A stretch of 64,000 nucleotides of DNA from an uncultured bacterium (GTDB lineage Bacteria; Oederibacteriota; JAAXVQ01; JAUVAV01): contig CAVQBK010000002.1 in assembly GCA_963710755.1 (NCBI GenBank), positions 1 to 64,000 of the forward strand, read 5' to 3'. Shown one piece after another: positions 55,027 through 64,000 of this stretch; position 1 is the first letter of the stretch; each line of letters begins with the position of its first letter. A program made the position numbers and the translations under genes. The notes under the pieces are model-generated. The model searched no databases and had not been told where the DNA came from. It saw only the letters and a program-made list of their open reading frames with translations.

Positions 55027-57703
55027 ACTGATCGCGCTCCGTTACCAATTTTAATAGGTCATTATTAAATAACACATTCTTGCCTATTTCATACTGCAAT
55101 TTCAAGGTTTCCTGGCCCCCTCGAGAAATATCCCTTCCCACTTCCAAATCAATTTTATCCAACAGGCTCTCCATGCCGCTTTTCATGCCCAACCAATTGG
55201 CCAAAGCTTGGCGGCTTAAATACCAGGCTGTATTCAAACCTGTTTGCAAAGCTATCTTCCGGCTGTTGGCCTGCGCCGGTGTTTGACCGGACAGCACCAG
55301 CAAAACCAGCTGGTCTTCCGGCAGTACCGGTTGAGAATTAAATAAGATTTGCGGTTTGGCGGTGGTGCCGCTGATGGTGACATTAATGTCATAGCCCCGC
55401 ATACGGCCTGTACCATTTAGGGCCAGCGTGATAAGTCCTGGCTGCGCCGGATCAAAACGCAACAACCCATTGGTTACGGTAAGCCGGCCAGCCGGCAAGA
55501 AGGCTTCAGCTTGATCCACATAGACAACGCCTTCCAATAAAGGCGTCTGCCCCGTACCCCTCAAGGTCAAGGCGCTGCGTAATTGACCTTTAACCAAATT
55601 GGCATCCACATAAAATGGGACTTGGTTTTTAATAGTAACATCAAAACGCATGGTGCTAAAGATGGGTCCTGGCAGGGAAAAAAGCGTGAAGACCGGGCCG
55701 GGCAAAGGGGTGTTTTGCCCTAAAAAACCGAGGACATCCAGAGGCTGCCAGTAGCGCCCTTCCGTAATCGTCAGTTGCCCTTTGACCAGCAGTACTTGCA
55801 GTGGCCCGGTAATGGACAGGGCTACATTGGAACGGACATTGGTCACATTATTTCGCCAGAGCAAAACATTTTCACCGTTCACTTGCACACTTAACATTAT
55901 GGCTTGTCCCCATTGAACCTGGCCCGATAGGCTCAGCGCTCCGCCGCCCAACCGGCCGTTAGCAGGATTAAGCGTCAGTTGCCCGTCATGCCAATCAAAA
56001 TTCAAGACTGGAAAGGTCGCCTGCTGGTTGGGTGATAAGCTTATGGTCACTTTTTTCAACCGGGCCCCGCCTTTTCCGGAAAGGCGTTGTTTAGCCAGCA
56101 GGCCTTCAAAAGTTGCGTTTAAATGTTCTGCACGTAAAATCAGCTTCCCCCCCGGCGCACGATAGGCTGGTTCCTTGATCTCCAAATTAGTATTAACCCC
56201 GCCCTTGGTCAAGCTGCCGTTATAATCCATGCTGCCCGAAGCGATACCATCCCACCCCGGTTGCGCCAACAGTCCGGCCAACGGTTCCAGGGCCAGGGTG
56301 TGCATGGTTAATGTCAGTTGAACCTGTGCATGGTCATGATCCGTCATCCATGACCATGGATTAAATTGCAGGTGCGTAATCTCCAGATCGCCTTCCGGTC
56401 CCAAGTTCATCTGGCCGGCGACCGTCAATTCGCCGTTCTTTTGCAGTTGCCCTTCCATTGTAAAGTGATGAGTAAGCGGCTTCGCCCATTGTGGCTTCCA
56501 GCCCAGGGACCGGATCAATCCCGGCAGATCATTGGATTCTACCTTCAAATGTCCGCTCATATGGTCAGGCCATGATTGGTCATTGGCATATTTTTTAAAT
56601 GTCCCAGGCCACTGCCAGTTGCCCAGTTCTACCCGCGTATGCCCCTGTTCCAGAATCGCATGGGACATCTGCCAGGATCGGCCCTTCTTTTCGATGGCCA
56701 TATCGGCCCTATCGACTGGACGTCCCAAGATCCTTCCCTGACGCCACTCTAACTGCATTCGGATCTGCGCTTTTTCCCAGTTCCAACTTGTCATTTGAAG
56801 CTGCCCTTGCAAATTCACCCTTCCTTGAAGGTTTACAGGTGCCAGCCAGTTGAACATATCCGCTTCGGTCACTTGATTGATAGTGGCCTTCGCCTGTGCA
56901 GTTTGCCGCCGGTTGGTGATGGTCCCCGACGTTTCCAGCATCAGGTCAGTACTTTTCAAAGCAAATGTGAAGTTTCCCTGTTTATTAAATTCCCCGCCCA
57001 TACGCAGCCTCTGTCCCAAAGGTGATGACGGTGACAAGGTCAATTTATTAAATCGGATGGCATGATTGCTCCAGACAAGGGTAAAGGCCAATTGAAAATC
57101 ACGCTCCACCTTGTTCATGGCAATGTGCAGCTGGTCACTCTGGCCACTTATGGTTAAGGTATCCGCGTCAGCATTCGTGCCAAACCAACTGTTAAGGTGT
57201 AATTGTTGGACATTGATCTCAGGACTTTTAAAATTTAGAAGTCCATCATGTAAAATAATTTTCGGCCAGGCCCAAGGTCCGGCCCAGGGTTGGCCTACCC
57301 GGCGAGGATGGATTGATGGCTCCACCTGAATATCCACCTGCACACCAGTGGCCTCAATTTGAGAGTCGGTTATGATGGCATCAGCACCTTTAGTCCAGCG
57401 CGTCCAATCAGGACGGAAGATTATTTGGTGTGCTTGCAGCTTTTTTATCGGGCTTTTCGTATCAATTCCTTTCATGCTTAGGTCTATCACGATAATATGA
57501 TTCCAGTCCGGTATTTGGACAGCACGGAAGCTGACAGACTGGTGCAGAAGAACACGGGTGATCACAGGTAGAAAGTGGCCTACTATGGCTTCGCGCAGAG
57601 GCTGAGAGCTTAAACAAATGCTTATGCTCCCTGCGCCCACCAGCACCGGCACCATAACCCACAAAAGTATTTTAAAAAAGCTTTTGCTGTTTTTTTTAGC
57701 CAT
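54980..57703 (-). CDS. Translocation/assembly module TamB-like protein
   Basis: N-terminal TM anchor, beta-taenia-like body, C-terminal SGT..KP...S.P.LPEDQ (DUF490-like); adjacent to Omp85. Confidence 0.8.
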   Translation of the reverse strand: MAKKNSKSFFKILLWVMVPVLVGAGSISICLSSQPLREAIVGHFLPVITRVLLHQSVSFRAVQIPDWNHIIVIDLSMKGIDTKSPIKKLQAHQIIFRPDWTRWTKGADAIITDSQIEATGVQVDIQVEPSIHPRRVGQPWAGPWAWPKIILHDGLLNFKSPEINVQQLHLNSWFGTNADADTLTISGQSDQLHIAMNKVERDFQLAFTLVWSNHAIRFNKLTLSPSSPLGQRLRMGGEFNKQGNFTFALKSTDLMLETSGTITNRRQTAQAKATINQVTEADMFNWLAPVNLQGRVNLQGQLQMTSWNWEKAQIRMQLEWRQGRILGRPVDRADMAIEKKGRSWQMSHAILEQGHTRVELGNWQWPGTFKKYANDQSWPDHMSGHLKVESNDLPGLIRSLGWKPQWAKPLTHHFTMEGQLQKNGELTVAGQMNLGPEGDLEITHLQFNPWSWMTDHDHAQVQLTLTMHTLALEPLAGLLAQPGWDGIASGSMDYNGSLTKGGVNTNLEIKEPAYRAPGGKLILRAEHLNATFEGLLAKQRLSGKGGARLKKVTISLSPNQQATFPVLNFDWHDGQLTLNPANGRLGGGALSLSGQVQWGQAIMLSVQVNGENVLLWRNNVTNVRSNVALSITGPLQVLLVKGQLTITEGRYWQPLDVLGFLGQNTPLPGPVFTLFSLPGPIFSTMRFDVTIKNQVPFYVDANLVKGQLRSALTLRGTGQTPLLEGVVYVDQAEAFLPAGRLTVTNGLLRFDPAQPGLITLALNGTGRMRGYDINVTISGTTAKPQILFNSQPVLPEDQLVLLVLSGQTPAQANSRKIALQTGLNTAWYLSRQALANWLGMKSGMESLLDKIDLEVGRDISRGGQETLKLQYEIGKNVLFNNDLLKLVTERDQYDDYNAGLRLVLELD

Positions 57704-57788
57704 GCCAACCTTCCCGCGCAGGTTTCTGCTCCTCAATACTGTCAAGGCACTCTTCGTATCGACTCTCCCGTCTTTTGCAGCAGCCTAT

Positions 57789-58076
57789 TCAGGTCCGATC
57801 CTCCAGCGCTTGGGGTTTGTAATGGAGCATGTCATCCTTGCCGGGATGGTCATCAATGGTCATGCTAATGAGCACCCGCGGTGCCTGGTCCAAGACCTGT
57901 TGGCGGCATTGATCTATCAGCGTCATTATGTCCTGCCACCTGCCCTCCACGACTGTGCCCATACTGCCGATTTGATGGGGCAGTCCACTATCCTTGATTA
58001 ATTTAGCCACCGCTTTTAAAAAACCACTTAAATGCTCACCCACACCGACCGGTGTAATTTGAAATTGAACCAACAT
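57789..58076 (-). CDS. MTH1187 family thiamine-binding protein
   Basis: ITPVG...S, SGL...GSMGTVVEG.W, RV. Confidence 0.85.
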   Translation of the reverse strand: MLVQFQITPVGVGEHLSGFLKAVAKLIKDSGLPHQIGSMGTVVEGRWQDIMTLIDQCRQQVLDQAPRVLISMTIDDHPGKDDMLHYKPQALEDRT

Positions 58077-58342
58077 CACGCTACCCCCCCCACGCCTTTC
58101 CCTGCCACTTAGGAGTTTGACGGTTCTCTTGTTAATGCCAGTCACAAAGAAAAACTTTACATTTTTGACCTTTTTAACAAGGCTTCTGTTCCATCCCGTT
58201 ATGCTGTTACACTATCTTACCTCTCTTCGAGATCATTTTAACTAGTACCTGGTTTTATCTTCTATTTCACTGCACACCTTTTTCCGGCTTTTGGGTTCTA
58301 ACTAAAAGAGAGTGATTATGTCATATAAAAGGAGGCGCTGAA

Positions 58343-59071
58343 ATGAAACATACTTATCACCAAAACAGCAGAAGCAAAACCTTAACACGTCCTCCGATTA
58401 TGGCGGCAGGACGTTCTCCAGAGGAGACACAAGCATTGGAAGTGGTGATCAAATGCGATTCCTATGGGAGCGTGGAAACATTGACCGCCGTGCTCTCTAC
58501 TCTTCCCCATCTGAAAATCATTCAGAGCGGGATTGGCCCCATCAACCATTCCGATCTGCTTATGGCCAAGACTGGCAGTGGTCTTATCATTGGATTTAAT
58601 ACAAGGGTTCCTATATCTTTACAGACCGAAGTGGCCAAGGAACATCTGGAGGTGAGGTTGTATGGGGTTATTTATACGTTGCTCGCTGACGTAAAAACCA
58701 TCCTGGCCTCCCAGGTCCAGCAACACCGTGAGCGCAAGGAATCCATCCTTGGCTTGGCCAAGGTCATCCGCTTGTTTCCCGGCAGCCGTCATGGGTTGAT
58801 CTTGGGGTGCGAAGTGCTGCAAGGAAACCTGGTCCTGGGCAAGCCATTGCGCATTATCGCCCCGGTGGGCGTTATTTACCAAGGTAAGCTTGACTCCATG
58901 CATATCGAAAAAGAAGCCGTTAAAAAAGCCGGCGTCCGCCAACAGGTGGGCATTAAGATCAATCATTTCGAGCAGGTTCATCCGGGTGACCTAATCGAAT
59001 GTTTCGAGCCGGTCGCTCAAGTTCGCCACAACGTCTGGCATCCCGTCGGACAAGTGCTAACCATCACTTAA
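58343..59071 (+). CDS. Stand-alone translation initiation factor IF-2 C-terminal domains (no GTPase domain)
   Basis: VIKCDSYGSVE, GIGPINHSDL, IIGFN, VIYTLL.DV, GCEV..G, GDLIECFE; AAGGAGG RBS. Confidence 0.85.
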   Translation: MKHTYHQNSRSKTLTRPPIMAAGRSPEETQALEVVIKCDSYGSVETLTAVLSTLPHLKIIQSGIGPINHSDLLMAKTGSGLIIGFNTRVPISLQTEVAKEHLEVRLYGVIYTLLADVKTILASQVQQHRERKESILGLAKVIRLFPGSRHGLILGCEVLQGNLVLGKPLRIIAPVGVIYQGKLDSMHIEKEAVKKAGVRQQVGIKINHFEQVHPGDLIECFEPVAQVRHNVWHPVGQVLTIT

Positions 59072-59115
59072 CCTACTCCTCAGCACTTCTAAAACAGTTC
59101 AAGCGGCCGTGGTAA

Positions 59116-59631
59116 TCAGGGATGCGTTTCAAGGCGCTGCTTTAAAAGCAGAGCCAGATTTTCCATTTCAAAATAAACATTATCCATTTTGAAGTAATAA
59201 TGGGCATACATGGGTATAATTCTGACAATGGTGTATAAAGGATCTTCAGGACCGTTTTGATAGTAACGCTTCCAGAATTTTCTCCACAATTTTTGTTTGA
59301 TCAGCTGATTTTCCACCACTTCCGCTTTTCCGCCAATCATAAAGCCTTCCGCATTCTGAGGAAGGCAATAATAGGCTGAAACCATGGGATTATGTTTGAT
59401 ATGGCTTATTTTGGGGGAATCACTATCTGTATTAAAATAGATCCTGCCCCCATAGAAATCACCTTCCAGGTCTCCCAACAGATCGCGGTACTCCGCCTCA
59501 TTCCACATGTTCAGCAAAGCCCTGACGTGGGGACGGCCTTGAGGATCAATAGTGCCAAGATAGAATACCTTGGTTTTGCGCTGTAAGGCCTGTCCTTTTT
59601 TCCAGGCCTCCTCCATGGTCATTGCACTCAT
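59116..59631 (-). CDS. Pyridoxamine 5'-phosphate oxidase-like FMN-binding protein (general stress protein 26-like)
   Basis: LGTID..G.P.VR, SPKISHI..NP, KLW...W..YY..GP.DP.Y. Confidence 0.8.
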   Translation of the reverse strand: MSAMTMEEAWKKGQALQRKTKVFYLGTIDPQGRPHVRALLNMWNEAEYRDLLGDLEGDFYGGRIYFNTDSDSPKISHIKHNPMVSAYYCLPQNAEGFMIGGKAEVVENQLIKQKLWRKFWKRYYQNGPEDPLYTIVRIIPMYAHYYFKMDNVYFEMENLALLLKQRLETHP

Positions 59632-59643
59632 TCGTCCACCTCC

Positions 59644-61044
59644 CTAAGTCGTACTGGGGTTAAGCTCTCCCTGTTGTTTTTGCCATAGCTGGTGGAGACT
59701 GAAAATGACGTCATAGCTTAATGAAGGAAAAGACCATACCATTTCACTAAGCTGGGTAATAGTCAACTTCTGTTTAATGGCTAAAGCCAATAGGTTGATG
59801 ACTTCGTAAGCATCGTGACCCAATAAATGAGCACCCAGCAAACGTCCGCTTGGTTGTTCCACCACTATTTTATAAAAAGCATGTTGGTACCCAAGCCGTT
59901 GAGTTTCATGCCGACTTGAGGCGTCAATGCTGAGCACCATTTTCCCCTCCAACGCACGCTTATCATCGTCTGGCTTAAGTCCCACGGCGGCCAAAACGGG
60001 CTGGGTAAACACGCCTGAAGGAATAACGTCATAATCCGGTGTGCAGTCATTGCCATGGAGAAGATTGCAGGCAATGACCCTACTTTCCATCTCTGCTACT
60101 GGGGTCAATTGCCTCGATCCGGGCAAAACATCACCACAAGCATAAACCGCTGGATTGCTGGTACTTTGCAGATATTGATTAACTTCAATGCCTTGATTGT
60201 TGACCTTAACTTGTCCGGCCTGAAGATCTAATTCCTGCACATCCGGTATCCGGCCGGTAGTGTTTACCACCACCTCAGCCTCTATTTTTTGTTGTTTTTG
60301 CGGACCGGCCAGAGTAAGCACTATCTGGTCCTTTTCCTTATCCTTTTCCAAAGCGATAACCTTGGCCATGGTTTGGATTTCAATACCAGTATTTCGGCTG
60401 GCCTGATTCAGTTTATCCACCACTTCTTTATCAAAAGCACGCAAGGTTTGTTCCGTGGCTTCTAAAATGACCGCGTCACCACCAGCATGCTTGACCACAT
60501 GGGCCAGTTCATAGGCAATATAGCCGCCGCCAATAAACACCACTTTTCTGGGTAAAGTCTGAAGATTTAGAAATCCATCGCTGCTTAGGGCCAGCTCTTT
60601 TCCCGGTATCTCAAGGGCCGTGGGCATGGACCCCGTTCCTATCAAAATATGCTCTGCCTGCAGGAGTTGCTCATTGACTGTTATTTCGTGCGGTCCAGTG
60701 AAATGGGCGGTGCCGGAGTAATAATCAATACCCAGAGTTCTCAGCTTATTTTCTGTGGTTTGGGGGATGGTTTCCATCATTTTTTCTTTAAAATGCATGG
60801 CCCCGTGCCAATCCATTTGGCTGCCGTAACTCATACCTTTGCCTTCCATGTTGCCCAATCGTTCCACCAACTCCGCCAAACCCGTCAGGACTCGTTTGGG
60901 ATTGCATCCTCGCAGGGCGCAGGTCCCTCCTAGTGGCCGTTTCTCCACCAAGGCCACTTTCCAGCCGGCCTTGCTGCAAATCTCAGCAGCGGTCATGCCT
61001 GCTTCTCCCGAACCGATCGAAATAAGATCATATTTTTTCATCAT
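59644..61044 (-). CDS. Class I pyridine nucleotide-disulfide oxidoreductase (glutathione reductase-like)
   Basis: GGTCALRGCNP, IGGGYI, YACGD, LTPVA; C-terminal SFPS in place of the His motif. Confidence 0.88.
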   Translation of the reverse strand: MMKKYDLISIGSGEAGMTAAEICSKAGWKVALVEKRPLGGTCALRGCNPKRVLTGLAELVERLGNMEGKGMSYGSQMDWHGAMHFKEKMMETIPQTTENKLRTLGIDYYSGTAHFTGPHEITVNEQLLQAEHILIGTGSMPTALEIPGKELALSSDGFLNLQTLPRKVVFIGGGYIAYELAHVVKHAGGDAVILEATEQTLRAFDKEVVDKLNQASRNTGIEIQTMAKVIALEKDKEKDQIVLTLAGPQKQQKIEAEVVVNTTGRIPDVQELDLQAGQVKVNNQGIEVNQYLQSTSNPAVYACGDVLPGSRQLTPVAEMESRVIACNLLHGNDCTPDYDVIPSGVFTQPVLAAVGLKPDDDKRALEGKMVLSIDASSRHETQRLGYQHAFYKIVVEQPSGRLLGAHLLGHDAYEVINLLALAIKQKLTITQLSEMVWSFPSLSYDVIFSLHQLWQKQQGELNPSTT

Positions 61045-61253
61045 CGCCCTCCTGCCTTTGTTGATGATAATAGGTTTTAATCTCAGTAATGTTATAAAAC
61101 ACAGTTATACCTAAAACCTAACCTCCCCCCCGCTTTTTACTGATCTTTTACCACTTTCATTTTGACCCCAGGCAGAGAGAACGGTTATACAAAGGCCCAT
61201 CTTTTGCCCAACATGCAAATGGTCCTCTTCCTCGTACGAGCAGAGAACGCTTA

Positions 61254-62396
61254 TTAGGGCTGATGATAAAGTTTGAAGGTGACGACCACGCCACCTTGAG
61301 GATGATTGGCAATGGCAAGCGTGCCGCGGTGATGATCCAGAATTTGTTTACAAATAGCGAGACCCAGGCCGGTACCCCTGGCCTTGGTGGTAAAGAAGGG
61401 TTCCATTAATTTTTCCGGTATGGTTTCCTTAAGGCCGGAACCATTATCCCGAATACGCACGGTAAGGGTCTTGTGCTTATCCATGCTGGCGCTGAGGTTG
61501 ATGCTTGGGTTTTCCGTTTCCTGTACCGCCTGAAAAGCATTCCACAGGAGATTAGTGACCACTTCCCGGAATTGCAAGGGATCCACATAAATTTTTTGAC
61601 CGGCTAAATTAAGATATCGTGTCCTGAGGCTGACCGGTTGACCAGCAAAGGCCAGCCGAATCGATTGCAAGGACTCTTTCAAAAGCGGCAGTACCTGGAC
61701 CCTATTGAACTGAGGTTGTTTCAGGTTGGCATAGAGCAAAATATTATTGATAATTTTCTGACTTTCGGCCACTTTCTTATTTACCCGGTCAAGGTGGCTT
61801 ATGACTTCCGGAGAACTCTGACGGCGTCGGATATTGTAAACCGCTGCCAAAATGACGCTCAGGGGGTTGCGTAACTCGTGGGCCAAAATGGCGGCCAACT
61901 TGTTGATATCTTCCATGCGCTGAACTTGCTGAGCTTTAAGGGAGGCCTGTTCATTTTCCAACTCGCTTTTTTTCCTATCCGACACCTCCTGCCACACCAA
62001 CATATAACCCTGCCGGCTATGACGGCTATTGCTCAGTGGCTGCACCATCCAGTCCCAGTAACGTTCACCACTTTTTTTAATACCCGACCAAGGCCAGCTG
62101 CGGCCATAATCCATGGTGGTCTGAGCACGGCGCCTGGCCAGAAGCATTAGATTCGTTAGTTCCTTCTGGGGAAACAAGTCGGAAAAAGCCTTGCCATAAA
62201 TTTTTTGGGGAGCGTGGCTGACCGCCTTGGCTAGTGCCCGGTTAACCACCGTAAACTTAAGATTTTTGTCCACAAAGGCCATTAACAGCCCTCTATGGTT
62301 CATCATAAAATCCCAAGTGTGGTGCCGCACCTGATCCTCCATTGCGGCCAGGTCATGGGCTGACAGGTTCATGGGATTACCGGGGAATGCTTGCAT
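61254..62396 (-). CDS. PAS-domain sensor histidine kinase
   Basis: AHELRNPL, NLLWNA, DNGSG, PFFTTK..GTGLGL. Confidence 0.92.
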   Translation of the reverse strand: MQAFPGNPMNLSAHDLAAMEDQVRHHTWDFMMNHRGLLMAFVDKNLKFTVVNRALAKAVSHAPQKIYGKAFSDLFPQKELTNLMLLARRRAQTTMDYGRSWPWSGIKKSGERYWDWMVQPLSNSRHSRQGYMLVWQEVSDRKKSELENEQASLKAQQVQRMEDINKLAAILAHELRNPLSVILAAVYNIRRRQSSPEVISHLDRVNKKVAESQKIINNILLYANLKQPQFNRVQVLPLLKESLQSIRLAFAGQPVSLRTRYLNLAGQKIYVDPLQFREVVTNLLWNAFQAVQETENPSINLSASMDKHKTLTVRIRDNGSGLKETIPEKLMEPFFTTKARGTGLGLAICKQILDHHRGTLAIANHPQGGVVVTFKLYHQP

Positions 62397-62443
62397 GACT
62401 TGCTCCTTAGCCTTGTATCCGGTGGGTCTGCCCTAGGGAAAAA

Positions 62444-63217
62444 TCATTTTTTACTTGCGGCCATATGCTTAATGGTGTCCGTGGTGGTCACCGGCTTTTT
62501 TTTCGTCCTAACCCTGGCCCGGTATACGGCAGGGGTCATACGGGTAGCCCGTTTAAATAACCGAATAAAGGTCTCGAGATTTTGGTAACCCATTTCTTCC
62601 GCAATCTGACTTATGGTACGGCCGCTTTTTTCCAAAAGCTCTTTGGATTTGACTATCTTCCGTTGCAGCCGGTAGTCGGAAAAATCTATACCTGTTTGCT
62701 CTTTGAAAATACGGCTTAAATATTTTGGGCTGAGGCCCACGGTTTGGGCAGCGTCATTGAGGGTGATCTTTTTGTCCACATTCCGGTCGGCAAAACGTTT
62801 AATCCGTTCCACTTTACCCCGACGGTCTTCGTCCTGAATATCCACAGGGTTAAGATGTTTGTCCAACAAACGATCAATAACGAGTTTGGCCTGGGGTATT
62901 TGCAATGGTTTCTCCAGATAATCATCAGCCTTGCCCTTGAGGGCTTCGATGGCCACATCTTTGCTGCTAAACCCAGTGAAAATCACAATCGACAATTGAG
63001 GAAATTTGGATTTGAATTGATGCAACCACTGAGTACCGCGGCCGTCGGGAAGGTTAACATCGAGAATGATCAGATCTATTTCATTGGGTTTTTCCAACAG
63101 CTCCAGGGCTTTATGCCCGCTGCCCGCGGCGATCACCTTATAATCATCACAAAAGCTGTCGGAAAATTCCTCCCGAAAATCTTGGTCATCGTCTACCAAT
63201 AATATGGTGAAGGACAT
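62444..63217 (-). CDS. Response regulator with AraC-type HTH
   Basis: LVDDD, ILDVNLP, YLSRIFK, GYQN...F.R.FK; AAGGTGGGG RBS before 63217. Confidence 0.9.
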   Translation of the reverse strand: MSFTILLVDDDQDFREEFSDSFCDDYKVIAAGSGHKALELLEKPNEIDLIILDVNLPDGRGTQWLHQFKSKFPQLSIVIFTGFSSKDVAIEALKGKADDYLEKPLQIPQAKLVIDRLLDKHLNPVDIQDEDRRGKVERIKRFADRNVDKKITLNDAAQTVGLSPKYLSRIFKEQTGIDFSDYRLQRKIVKSKELLEKSGRTISQIAEEMGYQNLETFIRLFKRATRMTPAVYRARVRTKKKPVTTTDTIKHMAASKK

Positions 63218-63584
63218 GATTACCCCACCTTTACCTGTGATGGTGGCTGTCGCTGTTCCCCAAACAACGATGTCCATATGGCGTTGAAGGGAAGAAGTTG
63301 TGTATGGGCATATATCGTACCATGTGCTGCAGGCTTTGTCCATGGCAAGCGCTTTGCTCTGGGTGAGATTTCCCGCATGATCCTGACCAACTAGTACTTC
63401 AGGATTTCTAACCCGCATTCGCAAAATCTAATTAGGTTATCACAGAAAGGCCGTTACCCTGCCTTCGGGGGGGGTCTCCTGTTAAAGAAGGTGATTTTTC
63501 CGGATCGGAAGCTGACAAGGCAGGCTGATCGTTTTATAATACCAACGTTAACATCTGCATAATTAAGCCGGGAGGTGATCAGAG

Positions 63585-64000
63585 ATGAACAGCGCCCAAT
63601 ATTGGATTGACCAGTTGCGGTTGGAACCACACCCTGAAGGCGGATTCTATCGGGAAACCTACCGGTCTGATGAACACATTCCTGCCACTGCCCTGCCCGA
63701 CCGTTATCCCAACAGCCGGGCTTTTGCCACGGCCATTTATTTTTTACTCACGGCCGAACAACCTTCCTGCTTTCATGCCCTGCTTTCCGATGAATTATGG
63801 TTTTTTCACAGCGGCAATGCGGTGACCTTGCACAGCCTCAGTGATGAAGCTGGCTACAAAACCATTTTGCTCGGTCCGGAACCTTCACCTCATCAGCAGT
63901 TTTCTGCGCTCATGCGCGCCGGCACGTGGTTCGGCGCCACGGTGGATCATCCCGGCAGTTTTGCCTTGCTCAGTTGTGTGGTAACGCCGGGCTTTGATTT
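63585..64000 (+). CDS. Cupin domain protein (DUF985/Cupin_5), runs off the window end
   Basis: Manual translation MNSAQYWIDQLRLEPHPEGGFYRETYR...TAIYFLL...FHA..SDELW; GGAGG RBS. Confidence 0.88.
   Translation, partial: MNSAQYWIDQLRLEPHPEGGFYRETYRSDEHIPATALPDRYPNSRAFATAIYFLLTAEQPSCFHALLSDELWFFHSGNAVTLHSLSDEAGYKTILLGPEPSPHQQFSALMRAGTWFGATVDHPGSFALLSCVVTPGFD

Overview
Bacterial genomic window from a diderm organism (TamA/TamB present; lineage not determinable, though the giant-protein type recalls Omnitrophota/Elusimicrobiota-like uncultured phyla). (1) 1-14.75 kb is an accessory, partly AT-rich island directly downstream of the tmRNA gene (ssrA, 14814-15168, minus). It has no integrase. Instead it holds two intact and two fragmentary REP-associated-type HuH/Y1 transposase (RAYT) genes and recurrent short GGGGACGG/CCGTCCCC motifs at gene boundaries. 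It also carries an IS21 element that truncates a type III Mod methyltransferase, a UvrD-PD-(D/E)XK helicase-nuclease, a group II intron 3' remnant and small cargo genes. (2) 15-20 kb is housekeeping: pckG, purE, an aminotransferase with a terminator-containing leader, and a methyltransferase. (3) 20.3-32.5 kb is a ~4060-aa secreted/membrane giant protein in which SDR, HD, NUDIX, HD, transglutaminase-like and TPR modules are interspersed with two copies of a CPBP-protease-like membrane module. (4) 32.7-42 kb holds a DprE1/E2-like pair, smpB, rnr, tRNA-Leu(CAG), PRC-barrel genes and an AEC transporter. (5) 42-64 kb is a stress/metal-type cluster: CopA, D-LDH, PncA, M50-CBS, FtsH, DUF72, TamAB, a stand-alone IF2 C-terminal half, a glutathione-reductase-like enzyme, a two-component system and a cupin. 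The two best candidates for an undescribed system are the RAYT/short-inverted-repeat cassette-like array and the giant modular protein with internal CPBP-like repeats. All annotations come from motif recognition by eye; no database searches were run.
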